A DNA stretch of 64,000 nucleotides from an uncultured Clostridia bacterium (GCA_947586855.1 CANPXV010000005.1:42951-106950), one strand, 5' to 3'; shown: positions 1 to 8,046, counted from the first letter of the stretch. Numbers and translations: made by a program. Notes: generated by a model not told the origin, from the letters alone.

Positions 1-1674
1 GAAAGTCGTTTGCCTGCCAGCTGTACAGACAATGGAGAGGCGTATTATGTGGCAGAGGCTCACTATGACGAAAATGGTGTGTTGTACAAGGACATCACCG
101 TTGAAATCCCCGCCACGGGACACAATTGGGTGTTGGATACGTCCAAAGGCGACGAGCAAAGAGGCATAGTCTGGAACCTTGAAGAGCTTGAACCCACAGC
201 TACCGTCTACTTCAAGTGCAGCCACGAAGATTGCTTCGAAACCGTGTCGGTTGACTCTGTTGTTACACTCACGCAAAACAAGGGTGCCGATTGCAAGACA
301 ACAGGCACAGGCACCTACACGCTCAACAAGTCGGCGGAAGATTTTGAAAACGCCATAAAAGGTGAAAATGTTTACACCGAAAAGGACACGTTTGACTTTG
401 CAGCATTGGAAGATGTCACCAAGGTAGAGGACGGCAAGGGCATTGTCGGCGACCACGTTTGGGACGAAGAGTATCACGATGTGGGCGATGGATACCATGC
501 ACATCAATGCACAGTGTGCAAAGAGTACGACAAGGCAACCCAGCAACCGCACAGCTATGGCAGCGAATTGCACCAAGAAGCGGACGGAACAGGCCACTAC
601 AAACTGTGCACTGCGTGCAATGCAAAAGGCGAAGAAGAACCGCACAGCTATACAGAACAAAAATATAGCACATCGCAGCATTGGATGCAGTGTGCTTGCG
701 GGGCTCAAAATACACCTGTTAGCCATACGTACACATATAAGCATAACGGCACCAACGAAACCACAAAGACACATACCAAGTCTTGTTCCTGCGGATATAG
801 CGATAGTGTCAGTTGCAGTATCAGCTCGTCTACCAACACTTGTTCTTACTGTAAATACAACTTTACAGTGTACTATGTGGTTGGAACGATAGGCGGAAAA
901 ATCTGTTGGGATGATACGACAGGAATAAAGATGTCCTATGATGTCGCGACAACGTCTTGGGTAGCAAACGTTTCATTCAAAAGAGGAGATGGATTCCAAG
1001 TCAAAAAGGCAGGGACATGGGATGGTCAAATCGGTTACAACAATGGAGGGCTATCTCTTTCGGGTCAGATTACCTATGCAACGGGTGTGTCAAGAATCAC
1101 AAACCTGATTATGTGCGCTCCTGCTGATATGGCAAAACCTGATGGCGATATTCGTGTAAACCATACTTGTACATTGAAAATTTCCATGAATGCGTCGCAT
1201 CAGCTGAGTGTTAATGTAACCGCCGCAACAAAGACAACATCGTATACATACACATTCTACCTGTATGATTCCTATAATTGGGGAGCTATTAGAATTCATA
1301 TGTGGAATTCACTTGCCAACCCCAATGGAGAGAACTTTGACTCAGCCCCGCTAATGGATTCGGTAGGAAATGGCTGGTTTAAGTATACAAGAACCGTTAC
1401 TACAAACTATGACGGAGCAAAACAAGGTTGCATAATGTATCAGAATGGTAAAAACGGCAATCGTCTGGATTTTGAATTGGCCAATGCTGTATATTTGGAT
1501 AGCGTGCCGATGTATTTCAATAATGCAGAAAGCGGCAAATCTACTACCCAATTCAAGTCTGCATCTGATGCTGGTGCACCTTCTTCACCCATTTCAAACA
1601 ATGTGCCCGTTCAGGTGGCGACCCTGCCTCCGCAAAACGGCAAGGAAAGCTACTCTCCCGACGTGGCAGCCTAA
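1..1674 (+). CDS. secreted/surface multidomain protein, 5' end outside window (Cys/His-rich repeat modules followed by two carbohydrate-binding-module-like segments)
   Basis: The frame of track ORF 10..1674 stays open back to base 1, so the gene is truncated by the window edge. The translation shows four tandem H-x3-C-x2-C-x8-10-H-[ST]-Y modules (nt ~448-855). Two W/G/F/N-rich segments follow (e.g. NWGAIRIHMWNS...GNGWFKYT...IMYQNGKNGNRLDFEL), of the kind seen in starch/glycan-binding modules. A terminator hairpin follows the stop. Confidence 0.6.
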   Translation, partial: ESRLPASCTDNGEAYYVAEAHYDENGVLYKDITVEIPATGHNWVLDTSKGDEQRGIVWNLEELEPTATVYFKCSHEDCFETVSVDSVVTLTQNKGADCKTTGTGTYTLNKSAEDFENAIKGENVYTEKDTFDFAALEDVTKVEDGKGIVGDHVWDEEYHDVGDGYHAHQCTVCKEYDKATQQPHSYGSELHQEADGTGHYKLCTACNAKGEEEPHSYTEQKYSTSQHWMQCACGAQNTPVSHTYTYKHNGTNETTKTHTKSCSCGYSDSVSCSISSSTNTCSYCKYNFTVYYVVGTIGGKICWDDTTGIKMSYDVATTSWVANVSFKRGDGFQVKKAGTWDGQIGYNNGGLSLSGQITYATGVSRITNLIMCAPADMAKPDGDIRVNHTCTLKISMNASHQLSVNVTAATKTTSYTYTFYLYDSYNWGAIRIHMWNSLANPNGENFDSAPLMDSVGNGWFKYTRTVTTNYDGAKQGCIMYQNGKNGNRLDFELANAVYLDSVPMYFNNAESGKSTTQFKSASDAGAPSSPISNNVPVQVATLPPQNGKESYSPDVAA

Positions 1675-1695
1675 GCAACAAATCATTGCAAACAG

Positions 1696-1722
1696 GGAGC
1701 GGCAAATGCAGCCGCTCCTTTT
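1696..1722 (+). terminator. rho-independent terminator
   Basis: GGAGCGGC-aaatgca-GCCGCTCC stem-loop followed by TTTT, 22 nt after the stop at 1674. Confidence 0.7.
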
Positions 1723-1745
1723 GCATGCGGCGCACCGTCAAGCAG

Positions 1746-1774
1746 TTGAAAATATCAAAAATCTGTGATATAAT
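1746..1774 (+). promoter_or_regulatory. sigma-A-type promoter of pepF
   Basis: TTGAAA (1746-1751), 17-nt spacer, TGaTATAAT with the -10 box at 1769-1774. Confidence 0.6.
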
Positions 1775-1801
1775 GGCCTAAAAAATCAAGGAGTTTGCAA
1801 T

Positions 1802-3478
1802 ATGGTAAAGATTTCTCAAATACAGTACACCCGCCCCAACAAGCAGCAGGTGTTGGCGCAATTGGAGGAGTTTCGCCGTCGGTTTGCGCAGGCAGCCGAT
1901 GTGGAGCAGTTTTTGGCGGTGCACGGGCAGTACAAGCAGTTTGACGCCGAGCTGGACACCAACATCAGGCTGGCGTTTATCCGCTTTACGCAGGATACGA
2001 CCAACAAGTTTTACGCCGACGAGCAGGACTATCTGGACGAGATCTCGCCCGATATTGCCGTGGCAAAGGCACGCATTGCCAAGTGCTATCTGGATGCGCC
2101 TTTCCGCAGCGAGTTGCAGGAGCGTTTTCCGCCGGTGATGTTTGCCAACCTGCAAATGGCGGTGGACGCAGCCGACCCCCGCATTGTGGCGGAGCAGATC
2201 GAGGAAAACAGGCTTACCACGCAGTACAGCAAGCTGCTAAGCGGCATTGTGATAGATTTCCGTGGCGAAAAGCTGCCAATGAGCGGCATATCCAAGTACT
2301 TTGCCTCGCCCGACAGGGCCCTGCGCAAGGCGGCCTACACTGCTTGGGGGCAGGCCTTGCAGGACAACAAGGACGCCCTGGACCGGATCTACGACAAGCT
2401 GGTAGCGGTGCGCACCGCAATGGGGCGCAAGCTGGGCTTTGAGGGGTACTCGCCGCTGGGGTATCTGCGCATGCAGCGCAATTGCTACACCAAGCAGGAT
2501 ATTGCACGGTTCAGAGAGAACGTCCTCAAATACATTGTGCCGCTTGCGGGCAAAATCCGCACCAAGGTGGGGCAGCAGCTGGGGCTGGGGCAGCAATATT
2601 TTTACGACGACGGTGTGTTTACCGCCGAGGAGCCCAGACCAATCGGCACGCCGCAGCAGATGTTTGAGACGGCGTCGTATATGTACAACCAGATGTCCGA
2701 CGAGACGGGCAAGCTGTTTGACACAATGGTGCAAAGCGAGTGCTTTGACGTGATGTCTCGCCACGGCAAGGAGGGCGGCGGCTACTGCGAGGGCCTGCCC
2801 GCCTACAAGCTGCCGTTTATCTTTTCCAATTGGAACGGCTCGGCAGGGGACGTGGACGTGCTTACACACGAGTTTGGACATGCGTTGGAGTTTTACAAAA
2901 GCTTTTTTATCGATAGCGAGTTTTTGAGCAGCGTCAGTATGGAAACGGCCGAAGTGCACAGCATGTCGATGGAATTTTTGGCGTATCCCTGGATTGACCT
3001 GTTTTTTGGCGACAAAACACCACAGTACAAATTTATGCACATCGGCAGCGCAGTGACCTTTATCCCCTACGGCACAATTGTGGATTGCTTTCAGCAGAGG
3101 TGCTACGACAACCCCGATATGACCCCTGCGCAACGGAACGAACTGTTCCACAATCTGGAACAACAGTTTTTGCCGTATATGTCCGCCGAGGGTTTGCCCG
3201 CCTTTGAAGAGGGCAGGCGTTGGCAGCGGCAGGCGCACATCTATCAAAGCCCGTTTTACTACATCGACTACTGTTTGGCGCAGTTTACCGCTTTGCAGTT
3301 TTTGGCGCTGTCGCAGCGGGACTACAAGGCCGCATTCGACAAATATATCCGCTTTTTGGACTACGGCGGCACCAAAACTTTTACCGAATTGCTGGATGCG
3401 TGCGGGCTGCTGTCGCCCTTTGAGGAGGACAGCTTCAAGCTGGTGGTGGCCTCCTGCGAAAAAATTTTGGATTTGTAG
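1802..3478 (+). CDS. pepF: M3B family oligoendopeptidase F
   Basis: 558-aa ORF with the zinc motif HEFGH (LTHEFGHALEF). Length and overall sequence are typical of PepF. SD AAGGAG lies upstream of the ATG. Confidence 0.9.
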   Translation: MVKISQIQYTRPNKQQVLAQLEEFRRRFAQAADVEQFLAVHGQYKQFDAELDTNIRLAFIRFTQDTTNKFYADEQDYLDEISPDIAVAKARIAKCYLDAPFRSELQERFPPVMFANLQMAVDAADPRIVAEQIEENRLTTQYSKLLSGIVIDFRGEKLPMSGISKYFASPDRALRKAAYTAWGQALQDNKDALDRIYDKLVAVRTAMGRKLGFEGYSPLGYLRMQRNCYTKQDIARFRENVLKYIVPLAGKIRTKVGQQLGLGQQYFYDDGVFTAEEPRPIGTPQQMFETASYMYNQMSDETGKLFDTMVQSECFDVMSRHGKEGGGYCEGLPAYKLPFIFSNWNGSAGDVDVLTHEFGHALEFYKSFFIDSEFLSSVSMETAEVHSMSMEFLAYPWIDLFFGDKTPQYKFMHIGSAVTFIPYGTIVDCFQQRCYDNPDMTPAQRNELFHNLEQQFLPYMSAEGLPAFEEGRRWQRQAHIYQSPFYYIDYCLAQFTALQFLALSQRDYKAAFDKYIRFLDYGGTKTFTELLDACGLLSPFEEDSFKLVVASCEKILDL

Positions 3479-3483
3479 CAAGC

Positions 3484-3510
3484 AAAAAACTCCCCCAAGC
3501 GGGGAGTTTT
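3484..3510. terminator. bidirectional terminator between convergent genes
   Basis: AAAAAACTCCCC-caagc-GGGGAGTTTT. A 7-bp GC-rich stem is flanked by an A-run and a T-run, so it can terminate both strands. Confidence 0.7.
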
Positions 3511-3541
3511 GTGTTAAAGTGCGTTGCTGCGGGGCGAAGGG

Positions 3542-3961
3542 TCAGTTGAAGGTGCGCCGAGCAAAGTCTATCGGCACAATGGGGTGAAAGTGCGCCAAGT
3601 CGTCGATGAGCTGCTGTATGGCGGCGTCTCGCTGTTCGCCGTCCAGCCGGGCAAGCGCCTCAATCTGCTTCATCACCTTGGGGCTGCGGGACACAAACAC
3701 GTGGCTTAGCTGAAATTTTTGCTTGATCTGCGTCGAAAACTCTTCCACAAAGCGCTGATATTGGCTTTTTGCCACAAATTTTTCCGTCTTGACGGCCACA
3801 ACGGCGGTGCGCTCGAAAATGATACACTTGGCGTCGGTGACGTTGCTGTGCGAAAGGGCAATTTTGCAAATCTCCGCCTCGTCGTCTGTTTGCGCAAAAG
3901 CTGCGCTTCCTACCGAAAGTATCGCCGCAAGCAACAATATTGCCGCAATAAATCTTTTCAT
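3542..3961 (-). CDS. YhcN/YlaJ-like sporulation protein with signal peptide
   Basis: Internal start ATG at 3961 preceded by GGAGG; the longer track ORF 3542..4249 has no support. N-terminal signal peptide MKRFIAAILLLAAILSVGSAAFA. The body (..VTDAKCIIFERTAVVAVKTEK..VFVSRSPKVMKQIEAL..) resembles the YhcN/YlaJ spore protein family. Confidence 0.6.
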   Translation of the reverse strand: MKRFIAAILLLAAILSVGSAAFAQTDDEAEICKIALSHSNVTDAKCIIFERTAVVAVKTEKFVAKSQYQRFVEEFSTQIKQKFQLSHVFVSRSPKVMKQIEALARLDGEQRDAAIQQLIDDLAHFHPIVPIDFARRTFN

Positions 3962-4085
3962 TTTTGCCTCCTGAGGCGCCCTGTTGCGGGCGCTTGTGGG
4001 TAGTATCTGCAATTTTGTGCAGGATATTACACTTTTGCCGATTTTTCTGCGTGCGGGCGGCGCTACAATGTGTCCGAGGTGATGT

Positions 4086-4256
4086 ATGAGTGGTGCGATC
4101 GCTGTGGTGATAGTGTGCGGAGTGGGCATTGTGCTTTGCGTGGGATATATCGTGTGGCTGTGCGCAAGGGCTGTGCGCAAAAGACCGCACAAGCACGAAT
4201 TTGAAATCGAGGAAAACGTGCTTACGGTGAGGCTGGGCAAAAATCGCAAAAAATAG
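4086..4256 (+). CDS. possible 56-aa single-pass membrane protein (below the track length cut-off)
   Basis: ATG at 4086 lies 6 nt after GAGGTG. Translation: MSGAIAVVIVCGVGIVLCVGYIVWLCARAVRKRPHKHEFEIEENVLTVRLGKNRKK, i.e. a hydrophobic helix followed by a basic tail. Stop TAG at 4254-4256. No homology evidence. Confidence 0.3.
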   Translation: MSGAIAVVIVCGVGIVLCVGYIVWLCARAVRKRPHKHEFEIEENVLTVRLGKNRKK

Positions 4257-4402
4257 CCACCGCAAATTTTGCAATGCTTTGGATTTTGCTATTGTAAATC
4301 GCTTTTGTGTGTGTTATAATGTAAATAGTGCAAGCAGTGCAATGTCGGCCGATTGCAGGCCGCCCAAGCCGCTTGCTGTACAAAATCTTTGGAGGATACA
4401 AC

Positions 4403-5053
4403 ATGACAAAACAAGAAATTGCAAAGATGATCGACCACACGCTGCTAAAACCGGCAACGACCTCTCAGATCGTAAAACTGTGCGACGAGGCCAAACAATA
4501 CGGATTTGCGTCTGTTTGCGTCAATCCCTGCCACGTAAAACTTGCCGCAAAGCAGCTGGAAGGCTCTGATGTGAAGGTTTGCACCGTGATAGGCTTCCCT
4601 CTGGGCGAAAATACCACCCGCACCAAAGTGTTTGAAACAAAGGACGCTATCAAAAACGGCGCTACGGAAATTGACATGGTCATCAATCAATCCCTTGCCA
4701 AATCCAACGCCTGGAAGAAGGTAGAAAAGGAAGTTGCCGCCGTCAAAAAGGCTTGCGGCGATGTGCTTTTGAAGGTTATTTTGGAGACGTGCAATCTTTC
4801 TGTAAAGCAGATTGTGGCTGCGTGCAAGGCGTGCGTTGCGGCGGGTGCGCAGTACGTAAAGACCAGCACAGGCTTTGGCAGCGGCGGGGCAACAGTGGAT
4901 GCCGTCAGCCTTATGGCGGATACCGTCCACCCCGAGGGCCTCAAAGTAAAGGCCAGCGGCGGCATACACAACTACGACGAGGCTTGCGAAATGGTGCGCA
5001 ACGGCGCCGACCGAATCGGTGCCAGCTGCGGCGTAAAGATTTGCGAAGAATAA
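4403..5053 (+). CDS. deoC: deoxyribose-phosphate aldolase
   Basis: Start ATG at 4403 after GGAGG. The N-terminus MTKQEIAKMIDHTLLKP and the ..VKTSTGF.. Schiff-base lysine region are typical of DeoC. Confidence 0.9.
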   Translation: MTKQEIAKMIDHTLLKPATTSQIVKLCDEAKQYGFASVCVNPCHVKLAAKQLEGSDVKVCTVIGFPLGENTTRTKVFETKDAIKNGATEIDMVINQSLAKSNAWKKVEKEVAAVKKACGDVLLKVILETCNLSVKQIVAACKACVAAGAQYVKTSTGFGSGGATVDAVSLMADTVHPEGLKVKASGGIHNYDEACEMVRNGADRIGASCGVKICEE

Positions 5054-5078
5054 CAATCAAATTTTTTTGCGAAATGCA

Positions 5079-5116
5079 AGACGGACTGTCCCTTTGTGGG
5101 TACAGCCCGTCTTTTT
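5079..5116 (+). terminator. rho-independent terminator after deoC
   Basis: AGACGGACTGT...ACAGCCCGTCT hairpin followed by TTTTT. Confidence 0.7.
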
Positions 5117-5143
5117 GGCATAAAAAAGCGCAAGTCTATCGAC
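5111..5143. repeat. 33-bp exact inverted repeat, left copy (partner 5640-5672)
   Basis: ctttttggcataaaaaagcgcaagtctatcgac is the exact reverse complement of 5640-5672. On the minus strand it forms a terminator hairpin plus T-run. Confidence 0.9.
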
Positions 5144-5174
5144 GTTCGCACAATGGTCTACCTGTCGGGACTCG
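5140..5174. repeat. 35-bp exact direct repeat, copy 1 (orphan copy of the tRNA-Arg 3' end plus flank)
   Basis: cgacgttcgcacaatggtctacctgtcgggactcg is identical to 5312-5346. It contains the last 21 nt of the tRNA-Arg gene (3' side of the T-loop, T-stem 3' strand, acceptor 3' strand, ACCA) plus 14 nt of 3' flank, but no 5' half of a tRNA. Confidence 0.9.
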
Positions 5175-5266
5175 TCCCAAAGGGTAAGCGAAACAAAGTG
5201 GAGCGCTACATCATTGCGAATTCTCGACTTGCAGCCCCAAAGCGAACGAGCCAAAGCAAGCAATAG

Positions 5267-5302
5267 AAAAGGGTGCACCTTGCGTGTACCCTTTCTGTTG
5301 CG
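5267..5302. repeat. 36-bp exact inverted repeat, left copy (partner 5681-5716)
   Basis: aaaagggtgcaccttgcgtgtaccctttctgttgcg is the exact reverse complement of 5681-5716. It forms a hairpin terminator downstream of tRNA-Arg on the minus strand. Confidence 0.9.
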
Positions 5303-5325
5303 CAGTCAAAGCGACGTTCGCACAA

Positions 5326-5401
5326 TGGTCTACCTGTCGGGACTCGAACCCGAAACGACGCCGTCGGAGGGCGTAATTTTATCCAATTAGACTACAGATA
5401 G
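5326..5401 (-). tRNA. tRNA-Arg (anticodon CCG), atypical
   Basis: Hand-folded cloverleaf of 76 nt with encoded CCA. The acceptor is CTATCTG/CAGGTAG, giving C1-G72 and one T-G wobble. The anticodon stem is ACGCC/GGCGT with loop CT-CCG-AC. The T arm is TCGGG-TTCGAGT-CCCGA, and the D-loop AATTGGATA carries A20. The D-stem is weak (GTCT/AAAT, one C-A mismatch). Its 3' 21 nt plus flank form direct-repeat copy 2 (5312-5346). Confidence 0.7.
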
Positions 5402-5540
5402 AAATTTACTCAAACAGTATATCACACAATTTGGCATTGCGCAACCGATTGTTTGCACGCCTTTCACAAAAAATTTGTTAAAAATGGGTCAAAACTGTTG
5501 ATAAATCTGCCGTTTTGTGATATATTGTAAAAGCAATTGA

Positions 5541-5627
5541 GCTGGTGTGGTGGAATTGGCAGACGCGTCGGACTCAAAATCCGATGTTGGTGACAACATG
5601 TGGGTTCAAGTCCCACCACCAGCACCA
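5541..5627 (+). tRNA. tRNA-Leu (anticodon CAA)
   Basis: 87 nt. Acceptor GCTGGTG/CACCAGC, anticodon arm TCGGA-CTCAAAA-TCCGA, long variable arm, T arm TGGG-TTCAAGT-CCCA, encoded CCA. Confidence 0.95.
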
Positions 5628-5633
5628 ATACAA

Positions 5634-5661
5634 GCGCAGGTCGATAGACTTGCGCTTTTTT
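5634..5661 (+). terminator. terminator after tRNA-Leu (includes the right copy of the 33-bp inverted repeat)
   Basis: GCGCAGGTC-gata-GACTTGCGC followed by TTTTTT. Confidence 0.75.
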
Positions 5662-5690
5662 ATGCCAAAAAGGCGGGCTACGCAACAGAA

Positions 5691-5716
5691 AGGGTACACG
5701 CAAGGTGCACCCTTTT
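5691..5716. terminator. second hairpin terminator, bidirectional (right copy of the 36-bp inverted repeat)
   Basis: AGGGTACAC-gcaag-GTGCACCCT followed by TTTT. On the minus strand it sits directly after the response-regulator stop at 5722. Confidence 0.7.
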
Positions 5717-5721
5717 GTATT

Positions 5722-6477
5722 TTATGTTACCAGATACTCGCTGCTCCAACTGTAACTTTTGAGAAATTCGCCTTTGTGCGGCGTTTGCGGATCGGCAAGA
5801 TAGTCCCAATAGTCGCACCTGATGTTTTGTTTGTCCAGCGCCAACTGCGCTCGGGAGAAGTTGATGCAGTTGAAGTTGATTTCGTTGAGCGTTTTGCGCA
5901 GGCGCCACACGGCGTCTCGATAGAGCGGCTTGCTTTTGTCGGTGTCCACATCGGGCCACAGTTGGGATATGGCGTCGCTCATAGTCAGCGTTTTGCCGTT
6001 GTAGGTTAGCAGCAGTGCAAAAAGCTCTTTGGACTTTTGCGAGGAAAACTTGACGATCTTGTCGTTGATAAAGCAATCGAATGCGCCAAACATCTGGGCG
6101 GTAAGGCAGGCTGTGCCGTCCACCGTGCGGGATAGAAAACGCTCCAATGCGTCCACGTCGTAGGGCTTGTACAAAAAGCCGACAGTGTGGCTGCGAATGG
6201 TGGGGGCAAGGTCCTGCTTGGATACATTTAGCCCCGTGATAAACACCAGCTGGATGTTGGGGTCCAGCTCGATCAGACGCTCTGCCAGCACAAGGCCGTT
6301 GATTTTGGGCATGGTGATATCCAAAAACGCCATTGCAACGCTGTTTTTGGAGACGTACCCGATGATCTCTTCTACGTCGTCCTTAAAAAATTTGTAGTCC
6401 ACGTCCGTGCGGCCTATGACGTCCGTCAAAAAGGTGTGCAGGGCGGACATTTCGTCATCTACAACAATAATTTTCAT
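5722..6477 (-). CDS. response regulator, CheY-like receiver + SARP-type winged-helix output
   Basis: Start ATG at 6477 (MKIIVVDDE) preceded by AAGGAG, overlapping the kinase stop as ATGA. The receiver has conserved acidic residues and ..YKP... The C-terminal half (FGAFDCFINDKIVKFSSQKSKELFALLLTYNGKTLTMSDAISQLWPD...LYRDAVWRLRKTL) matches the SARP/OmpR-like wHTH pattern. Confidence 0.85.
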   Translation of the reverse strand: MKIIVVDDEMSALHTFLTDVIGRTDVDYKFFKDDVEEIIGYVSKNSVAMAFLDITMPKINGLVLAERLIELDPNIQLVFITGLNVSKQDLAPTIRSHTVGFLYKPYDVDALERFLSRTVDGTACLTAQMFGAFDCFINDKIVKFSSQKSKELFALLLTYNGKTLTMSDAISQLWPDVDTDKSKPLYRDAVWRLRKTLNEINFNCINFSRAQLALDKQNIRCDYWDYLADPQTPHKGEFLKSYSWSSEYLVT

Positions 6478-7850
6478 TGTGACTCCTTTGCAAAGGGTAT
6501 GTGCAACGTCACCACCGTTCCCTCGCCCTGTTTGCTGTAAATTTGCGGCTCCACGCCCATCAGCATAGAAAACCGCTCGTGAGAGTTGCGTATCCCGCAC
6601 GATTTATCCGAGATAGAGGCGGTGTCAAAGCCCACTCCGTTGTCGCTTATTTCCAGCAAAATGTCCTCGTCCGTCCTGACGGAGGAAATCTTGATGTAGC
6701 CGTCGGGTTTTTCGTTTATGCGGCTGTATCGTATGGCATTTTCGATATATGGCTGCAACGACAAAACGGGGATTTCAAAATCGGTGTAGTCCACATCGAA
6801 GATGACGTTGAATGGATGTTCCTGCCGCATGTTTTCCAGGTCGATATACACCTGAATGTTGTCCAGCTCCCGCTCGAAGGGTATCAGGTCGGTGTTGACC
6901 GCCTCCACATTGGCACGCAGGTGCTTGGAAAACAAGTTTGTGGCTTTGTCGCCGTCCGCCAGACTTTTGTGATAGAGCGACTGTATCACCGCCAGCGAAT
7001 TGAACACAAAGTGGGGCTTTATCTGCGCCCGCAACGCCTCGGATTTGACCGTTTCATATTGCAGCTTGTATTTGCTGGCTTTCAGTGCCTCTCGGTCGGT
7101 GCGCATGGCAAAAGCGACATATATCAAAAAGAATATCACAATGCAAACCAGACCATAAAAAGATGCGTAGCCCACTGCGGAGCTGTGTATCAGGCGAGCG
7201 TTGCAAAGCGTTTCTACCAGAGAAAGCCCCAACACTGCCTGCAACAGGGTGTCCGTCACAAAGAAGGAGAAGTCCGTTTTGCCGTTGCGATACACCTCAC
7301 GGTACTGCACAAGCAACACTGCGCAAAGCTCTATCCAATAGGCGAAGTAGCCCACAAGCTGCAAATCGACAAAATACAGCCCGACGTATGCCGCAAAACA
7401 CAGTGCGGCGCCCACCATCAGGCAAATTGCGTGGCGTTTTTTTAGCGACAGCGCATAGGTGTAGTTCCAAAAGTACACAAGCGACAGTGTAAGCAGCTCA
7501 AAAAATCCAAATTGTATGCTGTCGAAAAGTTGCGCAAGATATGTCGGCGCATCGGTGTTGCGCAGCAGGTTGACAAAATCGTCAGAAAAGAATATGTAGC
7601 AAAACAATGCCAAAGAGGTGAGCACGGTGTGGAAGGTAGAGTCGGAAATTTTGAAAACGGATACAATCTCCACCAGCACAAACACCGCCAAAAAGCACAG
7701 TACAATAATGAGCAAAACGTCCGTCGAGTCGAAAAAGAACGGCTTGGGTGTGTAGTCGCACGCCGCAGAAATGAGGGCGGCTATCACTCCCGAAAACAGC
7801 AGCACGAAATTTGCAAAATATGCAATTGCCCGTTGAGCATTTTTATTCAT
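6474..7850 (-). CDS. sensor histidine kinase, LytS/YehU-type (His_kinase + HATPase_c), multi-TM N-terminus
   Basis: H-box region KPHFVFNSLAVIQSLYHKS followed by a GHKL ATPase (..ISDNGVGFD..GEGTVVTLHIPF) and ~6 N-terminal hydrophobic helices. Start is placed at ATG 7850 because a consensus promoter ends 6 nt upstream. The track's 7940 start would lie upstream of that -10 box. Confidence 0.85.
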   Translation of the reverse strand: MNKNAQRAIAYFANFVLLFSGVIAALISAACDYTPKPFFFDSTDVLLIIVLCFLAVFVLVEIVSVFKISDSTFHTVLTSLALFCYIFFSDDFVNLLRNTDAPTYLAQLFDSIQFGFFELLTLSLVYFWNYTYALSLKKRHAICLMVGAALCFAAYVGLYFVDLQLVGYFAYWIELCAVLLVQYREVYRNGKTDFSFFVTDTLLQAVLGLSLVETLCNARLIHSSAVGYASFYGLVCIVIFFLIYVAFAMRTDREALKASKYKLQYETVKSEALRAQIKPHFVFNSLAVIQSLYHKSLADGDKATNLFSKHLRANVEAVNTDLIPFERELDNIQVYIDLENMRQEHPFNVIFDVDYTDFEIPVLSLQPYIENAIRYSRINEKPDGYIKISSVRTDEDILLEISDNGVGFDTASISDKSCGIRNSHERFSMLMGVEPQIYSKQGEGTVVTLHIPFAKESQ

Positions 7851-7856
7851 AAATAA

Positions 7857-7886
7857 ATTATAACAGGTATGCGGCGAAAATGTCAA
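7857..7886 (-). promoter_or_regulatory. consensus sigma-A promoter giving a leaderless kinase-regulator transcript
   Basis: On the minus strand: TTGACA (7886-7881), 18 nt, TATAAT (7862-7857), 6 nt (ttattt), then ATG at 7850. No SD. Confidence 0.65.
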
Positions 7887-8046
7887 CGTCGCAGCCGATT
7901 TTGCGTCAAAAAATCCACGCAGCCTGTTGCGACGGAACAAGGCGCAACCTTTTGAAGGACGGCTTTTGTCACAAAGCGCACAAAAAATATTGTTGTTGAG
8001 TGATTTTTGTGCTATACTGATATAAACTTTCGCAAGAGGTGCAGAT

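Noticed and set aside
1621-1674. LPPQNG near the C-terminus of the first ORF, considered as a sortase LPXTG signal.
   Set aside because: It is followed by only 10 hydrophilic residues (KESYSPDVAA) and a stop. There is no hydrophobic segment or positively charged tail, and position 4 is not Thr.
5175-5311. The interval between the tRNA-Arg direct repeats, considered as a possible second tRNA, a tmRNA-like gene or another RNA gene.
   Set aside because: The orphan copy has only the 3' T-stem, acceptor and CCA. No complementary 5' acceptor strand (CTACCTG/CTATCTG), anticodon arm or tag-like reading frame is present upstream.
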